A stretch of DNA of 64,000 nt from contig JAGIQG010000017.1 of assembly GCA_024679065.1 (NCBI GenBank), positions 40,672,001 through 40,736,000 of the forward strand, read 5' to 3'. The number at the start of each line of letters is the position of its first letter. Position 1 is the first letter of the stretch. This document shows positions 12,215 to 23,650 of this stretch, in pieces. This stretch comes from Sphyrna mokarran. Its lineage: Eukaryota. The position numbers were made by a program, and so were the translations under genes. The notes below the pieces were generated by a model. It was not told where the DNA came from, did no database searches, and worked only from the letters and a program-made list of their open reading frames with translations.

Positions 12215-12490
12215 GGATATAGGTGCCAGCAATTTGCAGATGTTCACGTGAGCACTAAGGGTGAGTGTTGGCCATTCAGCAGCTGGAAGAATCCTAGCCA
12301 GGCCTACTGCTGTGTTTGCCAAATGCCCACAGCTAACCTGAATTGCTGGATAGCAAATGGGAGCAAGAATTCGTGTGGACTTTCCAGGCACTAATCAATT
12401 GTGGTTATTGTTAGTTGAAATCAAGCTAATTCAGCACAGCCTGAGGATCATACTTGGTGCTTTTCTGAATGACTCAGATTATGAATGTAA
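12215..12490 (-). mobile_element. LF-SINE-like element
   Basis: The minus strand reads GATCCTCAGGCTGTGCTGAATTAGCTTGATTTCA...GAATTCTTGCTCCCATTTGCTATCCAGC...CCAACACTCACCCTTAGTGCTCAC, matching recalled LF-SINE motifs in order. Confidence 0.7.
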
Positions 12491-12999
12491 TGCATGTTGT
12501 TCAAGTGGTTTTTGTGCCAAATGATAAGTACCTTTGTCTGTTCTTAGATTTGCAACTGCCCTTTTAACCTGGTCATGATATTAAAATCAGCTGCAATCAT
12601 TATTGTCAGTCTTAATCAAAACCAGCGTCGCAAATGTCAGTTGACTGTCTGCAAAGGTTAAGATGGGCATAAAGTAATTTTTGAATTATAGTGTGATTTG
12701 TTGAATGATGTATGATTAGTAAATATTTCTGTGTAATGATACAAATCCAGGAAGCATTGGCATGCATTTTGGACATCATCATTGAATTGAAACAGAATTC
12801 ATTTGAGTCAAATCAGTTATTTTCAGAAGATGGGTTGGGCCTGTTCCTGTAGTTGGGAACTCCAAAATATGTTGGCGAGCATATTGTGACCATTTCTAGT
12901 TCTTCATTTGAGTAATAGTCGGTTTCATTTCTCAGCTAAATATTTAAAATGTAAGGGTGTTCACTTTTTCATCTGTTTTCATGAAAGATTGAAGGTTAG

Positions 13000-14320
13000 A
13001 AGGTACTAATGAAAGATGCTTGGTGAGTTGCTGCAGTACATCTTATTGATGGCACACACTTCTGCCACTGTCGGTGGTGGAGGAAATGACTATTTAAGGT
13101 GCTGAATGGAGTGCCAGTCAAACAATTTGTTTTGTCCAGGATACTGTTAAACTTCTTGAATGAAGTTAAATCTGCACTTATCCAGGAAAGTTGAGTTCCA
13201 TCACACTTCTGATCTGTATGTTGTAAATGGTGAAGAAGACTTGGGGAATTGGGCAGTAAGTTAACCCCCAGAGAATTGCCAACTGCTGACATGCATCTGT
13301 AGCCATAGTCTTTATATGCCTGATTTCTGATAATTGATAATGTTGGTGGTGGGAGATTCGGCAATAATAATGGCATTGGATGTCAATGGGAAATGGTTTG
13401 ATTCTCTCATTTGACATGGTCTTGCCTGGCACTTGTTACTTCCAAACCTAAATATTGTCCAGGTCTTGCACGTGCATGCAGACTGTTTCATTATCTGAAG
13501 TGTTGTGAATGACGCTGAACATTACGCAGTCAACAGCGAACATCCCCACTTTTGACTTTGATGGAGGGAAGCTCATTAATAAAGTAGCTGAAGATGTTTG
13601 GTCCTCAGACACAATCCTGAGGAACTTGTGCAGTAGTTGCTAAGACTGAGATAGCTTTTTAACAACCACAACTATCTTCCTTAGTGCTAGATAAATGTGA
13701 TTTCAATCAGTGAAGACCCTATCCCTTGATTCCTGTTGATTCTGGTTTAGTGAGGGCTACTTGATGTCACATCCTGTCTAGTGCTTCCTCGATTTCAAGG
13801 GGCAGTCACTTGCGCCTCATATGTTGATTTCAACCCTTTTGTCCATGTTTGGATCAAGGATGTAATGAGGGCAGGAATTAAGTGGATGTGGTGGAATCCA
13901 TCTGAGTGTCAGTGAGCAGGTTATTTCAGAGTAAGTGCTGCTTAATCGCTGTCAATGCAGCCTTCTGTCACCTCATTGATCAAGAATAGTCCAAGTCTTG
14001 CTTCTTGTGAACAAGACATACAGCAGTGATTTTCTACATTGCTGGGTAGCTACTGGTGTTGTAGTCATACTGGAACTGCTTGGTTTAGGGTGTGGAGCGC
14101 AAGAGTTCTATGGTGTTTCGGGGATGTTATCAGGGCCCATAGATTTTTCAGTATCCAGTTCAGCTGTTTCTTGATATCACATGGAGTGAATTAAATAGAC
14201 TGAATACTGGTATCTTTCAGTAGGAGGCTGAGATGCATCATCTACCTAGCACTTCTGGCTGAAAGTACTTAGAAATGATTCCTCTCTGTCTTTTAAACTT
14301 ACCTGCTAGGCTCTACATTA
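13000..14320 (-). mobile_element. CR1/L2-group LINE RT and C-terminal fragment
   Basis: Overlapping minus-strand ORFs (TIYNIQIRSVMEL; SWISADLTSFKKFNSILDK...LHHR) and a PQ.SVL.P-like motif near 13610. Frameshifted. Confidence 0.75.
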
Positions 14321-14764
14321 TTTGCATAGCACACTTTAAAACAAGAACATAGAGATAGGAATTGGACAACAATGCAAAAGTGATGCAGGAAAGGTAGCCA
14401 AGGATACAAAACATCTGTAGGATGAAGTCTGCATGCAGGAACAGGATAAAGTGTGAGACCTGCTGGAATTTGGGACTCATTTTCTAAGGCACCCTACTTA
14501 AAAGCTGCTCACTGAGTATTTATAAACTGTAAGAATGTTCAGTGAAAGCAGTCTTGTTTCCCACTCTCCCATTTTCCATGCAGGACGCAACAGGTTTTTT
14601 GTCAGATTTCTTTCCTATGTTGTTATAGAATGTAGGTGGGAATAAATGGTGTTTAGTGTACTCTGATTTAGCATTTGCTGACTAGCGAAAATCAGTGAGC
14701 TCTGCTTAGATTTTACCCAGACCCTTACAAAACACTGCTAGATAAAAACAAATTATTATGAATG

Positions 14765-14915
14765 GTGGAATCTGAAAAAAAAAAACAAAATCCTGAAAAA
14801 TCTCAGCAGGTCTGATGGCATCCATGGTGAGAGAACAGAACTAATGTTACAAGTTACTGAAGAGTCATCCAGGCTTGAAACGTTAGCTGTTCTCTCCACA
14901 AAATACTACTAGACG
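14765..14915. repeat. Penelope-like palindromic remnant with decayed hammerhead core
   Basis: Arm CTCAGCAGGTCTGATGGCATCCATGG.GAGAGAACAG, then CTGAAGAGTCATCCAGGCTTGAAACGTTAG, then the complementary arm CTGTTCTCTCCACA. Confidence 0.65.
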
Positions 14916-15059
14916 GTGATTCTATACCTCTGTACTGCCCAGGCTTCACACGCCTTTCTTGGTACCAGAACTGTCCATAATCCTAATGAATTATTATCCC
15001 TAGCCATAGATAACCGGCATAAGAGCATAATAATTGTTACGCTCTGATTGTTGCAGGAA

Positions 15060-15475
15060 AACTGGCTCTTGGTCCTTGTTACTCTTGGAAATGTGGTGTA
15101 GATCTTTGAACCATTCCAATACTTGTAATGGAGGTGCTACTCCTTGCAGTTCTTGGATAGGGACACCTAGGATTTTGACCCGACAATAAAGAAATAAATT
15201 GAATTGTCCAAATCAGAATTGTGTACGTCATGCTAGTAAAGATGTTTCTGTATACCTGTGGCCTTTGTCCTCCTAGATAATGGAGGTTGTAGGTTTGGAC
15301 AGTGTTGCCAAAATAAATTTCATGATTTGCTGCAGTGCATCTTTGATAGTACACACTGTAACCACTGTATATTGAAAGGATGGTTTACCCTGGCCAGATG
15401 TTTGGACTTGTGCAAGTTGTACATTATATGCTGGGAGGATGTTAAGATTGGTGAAATTACCAATCAAGTATGTTG
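15060..15475 (-). mobile_element. CR1/L2-group LINE 3' fragment
   Basis: ORF 15273-15467 (TVVTVCTIKDALQQ...LSKP) is homologous to the C-terminus of the 13000-14320 family. Confidence 0.65.
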
Positions 15476-16019
15476 ATTTATTTTTCTTTGATTTTTATAA
15501 AAAGAGAATCAGCCTGAAAAATGCCATTCAAGATCTGCGGGTTTTTAAAATATCTACTTTAAAACCTGCCTGATTATGAAAAGATTGAGAATAAGCTTGC
15601 TGACCTGCTTGCATGATATAAAAGTTTTAAAAGATAGCTTTCAATATCGGTAAACATCTTAACACTCGTGCAGTTGCTTAATAAACATTCTTGTTCAGTG
15701 CAATATTGTTTCTTTTTGGTTTGTTGGACAGAAGATGTGTTTTTGTTGATTTTTAAAATATGGATGCAGAGCAGCACGAGATTTTTGCTGGATTTCTATT
15801 CATGCCTAGGATTTGCAGGGAATCTTGCAGAGTGTGCCATGAGTTTGACTGACTTCCATACTCATGCAATTATTTTTGCATCACAAATTGGTGGAAGACT
15901 CGGCTGATAACTGTGCAAATGGGTCAACAGATATATGGAAACTTGGTGACCAGCAAGACCAATGTCCACCTCGCTTATCATTTGTGTTTTAGGATCTGAA
16001 GTGGCGGCTTGGATATTTG

Positions 16020-16500
16020 ATTTATTTAAACAAAATTTATCATGGAATTATTAGAACTCTGTAATTTAACAGAGGAAAACAGATCTGTTGGTATGTTGTT
16101 AATAGTTATTGGAATCTATAATTGACTAAGTGAACACTTCATAAAATTTGAACTGATTAATAGACTGTATGGTTAATTAGGAATAAATTAATTTTCAATA
16201 ATAATTTTTTGAGAAAGTAACATCTATGAGAGATTCTGTATTAATAATGTCTAAATGGTCTTCCAGTAAATTATTGACCTGGTTAGGTGGCAGAAGACGA
16301 ACTAAGGATAATTAATTGTATCTTAATTGGGAGAAAGACTGGTGATGTCTATAAGGATTTTTGTTGTGGCCTCAACTACTTACGATATTTGTGAATGACT
16401 TGGATAAGACAATGGAGAGCTGTTTACCTAGGTTTTCTAATGATACAAAGATTGGTATAGATGGGAAGCATAAAATTACAAAAAAGTAGTGATAAATTAT
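16020..16500 (+). mobile_element. Old CR1 RT remnant
   Basis: CAACTACTTACGATATTTGTGAATGACTTGGAT (F.IFVNDLD) and AGGTTTTCTAATGATACAAAGATTGG (KFADDTKIG-like). Confidence 0.6.
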
Positions 16501-16967
16501 CATTTAATTAATCATTTGTTTCAAAGTGGCAGGCCTTTGGAAACATATAGCCATTAGCAGTGTCCTTGTACTCTTAAATCACAGCCTTGACTTTGTGTGG
16601 TTAGTTTAATTCATTAACAGCGTAATGCAGCAATTACTTGGCACATTCTAAGCTGGAGTGAAACCTTGGAATTTTAGAAATTAACATCAAAGTCACAAAC
16701 CGTTTTGCAATTTGTGGCGATTAGCACCTCCATGAATGTTTTTTCTTGATCGCAAATTTCTGTTTTTCTTCTCCACATTAAACACTGAGTAAGATGCTGA
16801 GGAATACTGATTTTCTGTTCTAAGAAATGTAACTTGTGCAGGCTTAAGGACAAAGGAATTATCAGAGTGCAATATTCAAAACTAGTAAAGTTACTCCCAA
16901 AGAACATTGGGAGAAATATCCTGGAGATTTAGGGAAAAAGGAATCTGCTTAAAAGCTAGGAGAAGCA

Positions 16968-17601
16968 TTGAAGAAGGCATATGAAGTCTTAGCTTTTATT
17001 GGTAGGGGGATTGAATTTAGGAGCCGCAGCATCATGTTGCAACTGTACAAAACTCTAGTGCGGCCGCACTTGGAGTATTGTGTGCAGTTCTGGTCCCCAC
17101 ATTATAAGAAAGATGTGGAGGCATTGGAGAGGGTACAGAGGAGGTTTACCAGGATGTTGCCTGGTATGGAGGGCAGGTCCTATGAAGAGAGGTTGAAGGA
17201 TTTGAGGTTGTTTTCGTTAGAAAGGAGGCGGCTAAGAGGGGATCTTATTGAAGCATATAAGATGATTAGAGGTTTAGATAGGGTGGACAGTGATAGCCTT
17301 TTTCCTAGGATGGAGAAAGCTAGCACGAGGGGACACAGCTTTAAATTAAGGGGTATGAGTTATAGGACGGATATCAGAGGTAGGTTCTTTACTCAAAGAG
17401 TGATTAGGGAGTGGAATGCCCTGCCTGCAGCTGTTGTAGATGCGCCAAGTTTGGTGGCGTTTAAGAGGTTAATTGATAAGTATATGGAAGAGAAGGGAAT
17501 GGTTTAGTTTGGAGGGGCATTGCTTTTTATTTTGGTCGGCACAACATCGAAGGCCGAAGGGCCTGTTCTGTGCTGTAATGTTCTATGTTCTATGTTCTAT
17601 G
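16968..17601 (+). mobile_element. Young 5'-truncated CR1 (HER1-like) with intact ORF2 C-terminus (16968-17507)
   Basis: 179 codons without a stop (LYKTLVRPHLEYCVQFWSP...ERVQRRFTRM...LERRRLRGDLIE...TRGH...FFTQRV..WN.LP), followed by a 3' UTR and an (ATGTTCT)n tail ending at 17601. Confidence 0.95.
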
Positions 17602-19099
17602 AATTTAATCTACTGAGCTGAGTATGTGCTGACAGTGGCATAACGTGCAAGCAATTCATAGCCATAGTGTTTTGATTGCATTTATTAGTTAATAGGGAAG
17701 TACCTTTTCTGTAGTTTGTATAGTAGGTGCCTGTTAAATAATTTTTAGTCATATATTTTTAGTCTGTTTGTTACAGTAAAACTCTTAAAGCCTGAAATTG
17801 TCATGTAATTCCTTCTAATGGTGGTTGGGAAACTTCATTTTTTAAAAGTTATTAGTCTCTACAGGAATCAGAACAACCGTGTTACTGCAAGGGGGAGAAT
17901 TATAAATGATCCTGTTTCTATTTTTACACATCTTTCACACAAGTTTAGGAATTAGGTTGTGAGAGGGGCATGGTGGGAATTGTACTGTACTGGCTTAATT
18001 TAGATGAAAAAGTTTTTTTGTGCAAGTGTGCATTCAAGAGTGGATAACAGTAATATGATTGTTGAAAGGCAACCAGATAGCCATAAAAATAAAAGAATGC
18101 AAACATTACTTTGAGAGTTCTGTTTTATTTGTTTGACATAAATTAGGGTTGTTGTCTTATTCAAAAAAATGAAGTTACACTGATTATGTCCCAGTGAGAG
18201 AGAGAGAACACAATTGATAAGGTCAACAGTTGCAAGGAATTTAATATTGATTCAAAATTGATTGTGATTGGTACATGAATTGTAACATGTAAAACATTTA
18301 GTACAGTAAATATGAAGCAGTACTGTGAAATATAAATAACTGAACAAGTTTTAATTTAACTTTGAAAAATCGCCACCGGTGATTAGTTGAAAGACTAAAA
18401 TTCAGTGAACCACAAGAAATAAGGTTCGCTGATTAAGAGAAATAACTTGATTTGGGTGCACTCTCGCCCCCTTTTAATACTGAATATTTGCCTTTCTATT
18501 GGATTTATCAGAGATGATTACAAGTCAGCTCAATTAAGTTAACAGATTTGGTATAGTAGGAACTGATTAAAACAATTCAAATTGATGTTAGTCTTTACAA
18601 TCACGATTATTGCAGATATAAAAATATCATTAATTTAAGGTTTTGTTTCATCAGCAACCATTTTGTGATCAATCACGTGATATAATTTATTGAGAATTTT
18701 TTGTTTGCAATGCTGGAAGTTTTTGAATTTGCACTTCACATTTAATGCACTAATTTTGTTGGGGGGAAAAACTGATGAAGAACAACAAAATAAAATTAAT
18801 AACTCAATTAAAAATACATGGAAAATAGTATTAATGAACATAGTAAATTTTTAGATCCCTGTGGTTTATCATAAGCTTGACTTCAATTTAAACAAGATAA
18901 TTTCCATGTACAATTCAGTATGCCCTGATTGATTCACCAGAATAGTTTTTGACAATTTAAGATAATTGAAAGGGACCCTCATTTGGTCCACTTTTATTTT
19001 TTCCTTCAGTTTTTCTATTGAAAGTTCAGGTGAAAACACTAACTTATATTTATCACTCGCTGTTTGATCTCTCACAAAATAAAGTTCTCCCTGATATCT

Positions 19100-19310
19100 A
19101 AATGTGCTGGAAAAACTCAGCTGGTCTGGAGAGAGAGAAACAAAATTAACCTTTTTGAGTCAAACCTGACTTGTGTTTGAAATTATTGTTCCACGGGATT
19201 TCACCAGAGTAGACCTTGACCTAGAGATGCTAACTCTTCTCTCTACAGATGTTAATTGACCTGCTGACTATTTCCAGCATGTTCTATTTTTATTTTGTAT
19301 TTACAGGATT
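19100..19310. repeat. Penelope-like palindromic remnant
   Basis: Inverted arms TGCTGGAAAAACTCAGCTGGTC ... GACCTGCTGACTATTTCCAGCA. Confidence 0.65.
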
Positions 19311-20334
19311 TTTCTTTTGTACAGGATAATTTGTTCAGTATAGATGAATTTAGAAAAGAAAGATTAAAATTGTATCAATATTTCTTCACAATATGGTTCT
19401 ATTTGTTGAAAAAAATCCTATTATTGAGAATGTTTGGCATTACAGCACTTGAACATTTCCGATATGTACTATAGCATGATATTTACAGGGGGTGTATAGA
19501 AACAGATCATTTATTTCTTGTGTATATTGCAGTAGAAGGGCACCTGAGGGAGCAGTTTCTTGGCAGATGCAGAGGATGTCATTTAGACTTGTTAACATGC
19601 AAAACAATACTCAATGTTACATTATATATGCAGATATTGGTTACATAAATATTTTATCAATGTTTGCTGAACTTGTAATTCCAAATATTTTTATCAAGAT
19701 GCAAAATTATATTGCAATAAATCTAATCATTCATGTTTATAAGTGTTCTGGCAAATAAATGTAGAAGTGTGCTTTGTGATAATTAGAAATGTTTAGCTGT
19801 CAAGTAAGTTTGGTTTTATACAGTGTCCTGCAAAATAAAATTGAGATGAATTGTAAAAATGCTGTCTTCTCTGTGATGTATGTAAGCGCACAGCAAGCAA
19901 AATACATCAGGGATATTGATTCTGTTTTTGTGAACTCATCTAGGGAGGAGGCTTGAGTTACCATAAGAAATGAAGCTTTGTTTTCACACGAGGTTTCACC
20001 TAGCGGGTTTTTCCTGTTTCAGTTTGTTATCTGAGTACTGACCTAATTCACTGTTTTATCAAGGTCATGTTTTATTCAATGCAGGAAAATGGAAAATTTG
20101 GCAAGGAGTACAGTGCTTGTGTTGAAAGGGCATCATGCAGTGCACGAGCATGTGCTTTGTCTTTCTTTCTCCTTCCCTCCCCCATCTCCATTCTTGCTAA
20201 AAGCAAAAATTATCACAGCATTCCTGTTTATTATTTGGAACTTTCTGAAATTAATTGTATTTGCGACACCACATGATTTCATTCCAAATCCTTTGAGCGT
20301 TCAATCATGTTCAGAGTAGTGAAGTGCTTTTAAG

Positions 20335-22330
20335 TCATTGCGGGCTGTCCCCTGATTTAAGGATATGATATCTACTCAAGATTGAGAGTTTCTGCCATAG
20401 GTCAAGTGACTGACAGTCAAGTGACCTACAATCTCAACCCACAGATCTTTGGACATATGGGACAAGACAGGAATTTGGAGTGAAAATTTGCATCCTTTTC
20501 TTCCTTTTGCCGCCACTGTGCCTTGATATTAAGGCATTGGAACTCAAAGTGTGATGCAGCCTGATAATTGTCCTCCCATACATGTTGTCATTATTCTGCA
20601 CAATTGATAGCAACCCCCTCCCAGTCATTATAGTCAATGCTACTGTGCTTCAAGGAGACTTCAGAATGTTTTCTTTGACTTTTGCTAGAATGCTGGCTAT
20701 TTGAGAGTAAAGGGAACAGGACCTGTGGAGGAGGAGGTTTTTGGCCATCTGGATATGGTGTCAAGTCCATCAAAGTTGATTTTGCAAGAGTTTGGGGAGA
20801 GGCCATGGTGTAGTGCTATTGAAACTGGGCCAGGGGCCAGTGACCAGAGCCCCTGTGGAACATTCTGGCGACCCAAGTTCAAGTCCCAGATTGTGAAATT
20901 TGAATTAAATAAGAATCTGAAATTAAAAATCTAATGCTAACAATGAAACCATTGTAAATTGCTGCTCAAGAAAATATATGGTTCAAGTCTGGCATATATG
21001 TGACTCTAGACCCATAGCAATGAAGCTGAATTTTAAGCGCCCTCTGGAGGAATGGGCAATAAATGTTGGCCCACCAAGCAATACTCACATCCCATGAATG
21101 AAAAAAAGAAAAGGCTTCTGGATCCGGTACCAAGAAGGACGTTAGCGTTCAATGATCTGGAAGATGCAGTGGAGACATTGATGATGCAATTCTCTAACTC
21201 ATACGTGACACTGATATAGAATCCAGGTCCTGCTGCAATACAATGCACATCAGAAAACAATTAGGACTTGATTTGGCTTGCTGAGGTCTTTATTGTCAAC
21301 TCTGCATTTTGCATCAGTTTGAACCAGCTGAACCTCTTGGCAATGGTGCTTGTTTGAAAAAGGTAGTTGCCAAGGTCTGGGAAATGCTCAGTGTTTTTGT
21401 CTTTCCTTCAACATGCATGGAAAGTAAAATATTTAGCTGATCAGCATGGCTTCAGATGAGTTCGTTTTGGCAACATTCAACAACAGACTGAGTTTATTGT
21501 ACGAAATTGAAGAAAGCCAGCAGAGTGTGGGCAAACAACAGTGCAGTCATCTGCAACTTAGGGCACTTTTTTATGACATTTAGTTCACTTTTGGATGGAA
21601 GCAAGTATGGTTAAATTTTTCATACACATGTATTGATTGAACGGCCACTGTCAGGAAGACTGTAAATCATTTGAAACTTCCACACAGTCTTAGATCACAG
21701 TCCATATTTTGAAGACCTCTGTTTCAGACCTTCTGCTCAAAACAGTTGTAATCAGGTTATCATGAAACAGCTGCAGAATTCTGATGAAGTTTGAGTGTCC
21801 AAATCTTTGAAGGAGAATCCATAAATCCTCGTAATTATTAAGCCAAATTTGGTTAGGTCAGTGAATTAAATTCCAAGTTCCTGGTACTGTTCTCAACATT
21901 TATCTTGGCCTGCCAATAAAGAACGTGTCGGAGGTTCCTCTAGAATATCTGAAGCCATAAACACCTCTGGAAGATTTCCTCAACTACTGAAAGTAGGCAA
22001 TTCAGGATTTTCCAGCTATGGGCAAGAGGAAAATACTTTCATGGTTTCCATAGCATGATTTATCTTCCTTGAATATGGTTACATTTGTCATATTCTTGAA
22101 GTTGATGGGGTTTGTGGGAAAGTTCTCTTTTCTCAGAAACATATAGGATATGTTCATAGGGCTTTGATATGAGCAAATGTCTACCAGCTTTGAAGACCTC
22201 AACTGAAAATCTAGGTTTGCACACTTTATTTGTTTTGCATAAACCAGCAGTAACAGAAACACACAATGAATTAGAGATTTTCTTCCATGACAACTAAGAG
22301 TTTTACCAAACATTAAAATGTACCCTCTTT
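20335..22330 (-). mobile_element. RTE-clade LINE (degenerate), interrupted by a SINE
   Basis: ORF 22002-22313 (VTIFKEDKSCYGNHESIFLLPIAGK) resembles RTE IVTIFKKGD.S.CGNYRGISLLS.AGK. GTCATCTGCAAC near 21546-21557 reads as a .ADD motif on the minus strand. Confidence 0.7.
20793..21113 (+). mobile_element. tRNA-derived SINE with Meta-like central domain, nested in RTE
   Basis: Head CATGGTGTAGTG...AGTTCAAGTCCC, core CAATGAAACCATTGT...GTCTGGCATATATGTGACTCTAGACCCATAGCAATG, LINE-like tail GGGCAATAAATGTTGGCC...CACATCCCATGAATGAAAAAAA. Confidence 0.75.
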
Positions 22331-22568
22331 AACACCTTAATTCATGGACAGCCCTGTACTCTAAATGGTAGACCACTAGTCCACCAGAATGCTTATGGTA
22401 CACAACGATTAAACACATGGGAGGGAGGTGAAAGAAAATCAGGATTCTGAAACGTAATTATAACAAAATGCTTGCATTGTGTGTAATCACCTAAGAACCT
22501 CTGGCAAGTGTGAATGCTTGGGTGTAGTGCTGTTTGTCCTGCAATATTAATTGTTATTTTCTTTTTAG

Positions 22569-22771
22569 GAGTTGTTGGGTATGTTTTGCGACTGATGAAG
22601 ATGATCGGACAGCAGAATGGGTGCGGCCTTGCAGGTGCAGAGGATCCACAAAATGGGTTCACCAAGCCTGTCTACAACGATGGGTTGATGAAAAACAAAG
22701 GGGAAACAGTACAGCCAGAGTGGCGTGTCCACAATGTAATGCTGAATATTTGATTGTGTTTCCAAAACTTG
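22569..22771 (+). CDS. MARCHF5: MARCHF5 coding exon 2 (RING-CH domain), 203 nt
   Basis: Acceptor ttttctttttAG|G and donor G|GTAAGA. Translates (R)SCWVCFATDEDDRTAEWVRPCRCRGSTKWVHQACLQRWVDEKQRGNSTARVACPQCNAEYLIVFPKL(G), a C4HC3 RING-CH domain matching vertebrate MARCH5 as recalled. Phase 2 to phase 1. Confidence 0.98.
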
Positions 22772-23049
22772 GTAAGATGAAAACAATTTTGATCAATTAT
22801 TTTACTCAGATTTTCAAAAATTTTTTGTTATTTATAAAAACACATTTTGGAAATAGTGCAACTTTCAGCATTAGTGAAGAGCAAAACAGTTTATGTTTGG
22901 GATCTGTTTTTGTCGGCTTGCACATCATATTCTAATACATATCTATCATGGGAGGCGGAACAAATTTTCATCTTTAAAAATCTTTTCCCCTTTCATCAAA
23001 AAAAATTATAGATTCCTCTCCTTCCACTCAAGAATAATGAATGTCTAAC

Positions 23050-23650
23050 TTAGAGTTAGATGTTTACAACATGGCCTTTAAGCCCAACTTGTTCATGCTG
23101 CCCTTTTTTAAACCCTAAAATTGCCCACATTTGGCCCATATCCCTGCATGCTCATCTTAGCCATATAACTGTTTAAATGCTTTTTAAAAGACAAAATTGT
23201 ATCCATTTGTACTACTGCGTCTGGCAGCTTGTTTCAGACATTCACCAATGAAAAAATTTACCCCTTGGATACTTTTGTACCTCCCCTCTTCGCACTTTAA
23301 ACCTATGCCCTTAGTTTTAGACTGCCTTACCTTTGGGAAAATATTGACTATCTAGCTGATCTATGCCCCTCATTATTTTATAGACCTCTAAGATCACCTC
23401 TCAGCCTCTTATACTCCAGAGAAAAAAGTCCCAGTCTATCCAGCCTCTCCTTATAACTCAAGCCATCAAGTTCCAGTAGCATCCTAGTAAATATCTTCTG
23501 AGCTCTTTCTAGTGTACTAATATCCTTTCTATAATAGGGTGAACATAACTGTACCTGGTGTTCCAAGTGTGACCATATAATGTCTTGTACTGCTTCAACA
23601 AGATGTCCCAACTCCTATATCCAATCTGACCAATGAAACCAAACATGTTT
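23050..23650 (-). mobile_element. CR1 3' fragment
   Basis: ORF 23378-23611 (HLEHQVQLCSPYYRKDISTLERAQKIFTRML...LGLFSLEYKRLRGDL). Confidence 0.9.

Noticed and set aside
16968-17507. 179-aa ORF as a host or domesticated gene
   Set aside because: It is the standard CR1 ORF2 C-terminus with a TTG start, followed by the LINE 3' UTR and tail.
22534-22935. 133-aa ORF as a stand-alone RING protein
   Set aside because: MARCHF5 similarity is confined to 22569-22771 between canonical splice sites; the rest is intronic read-through.
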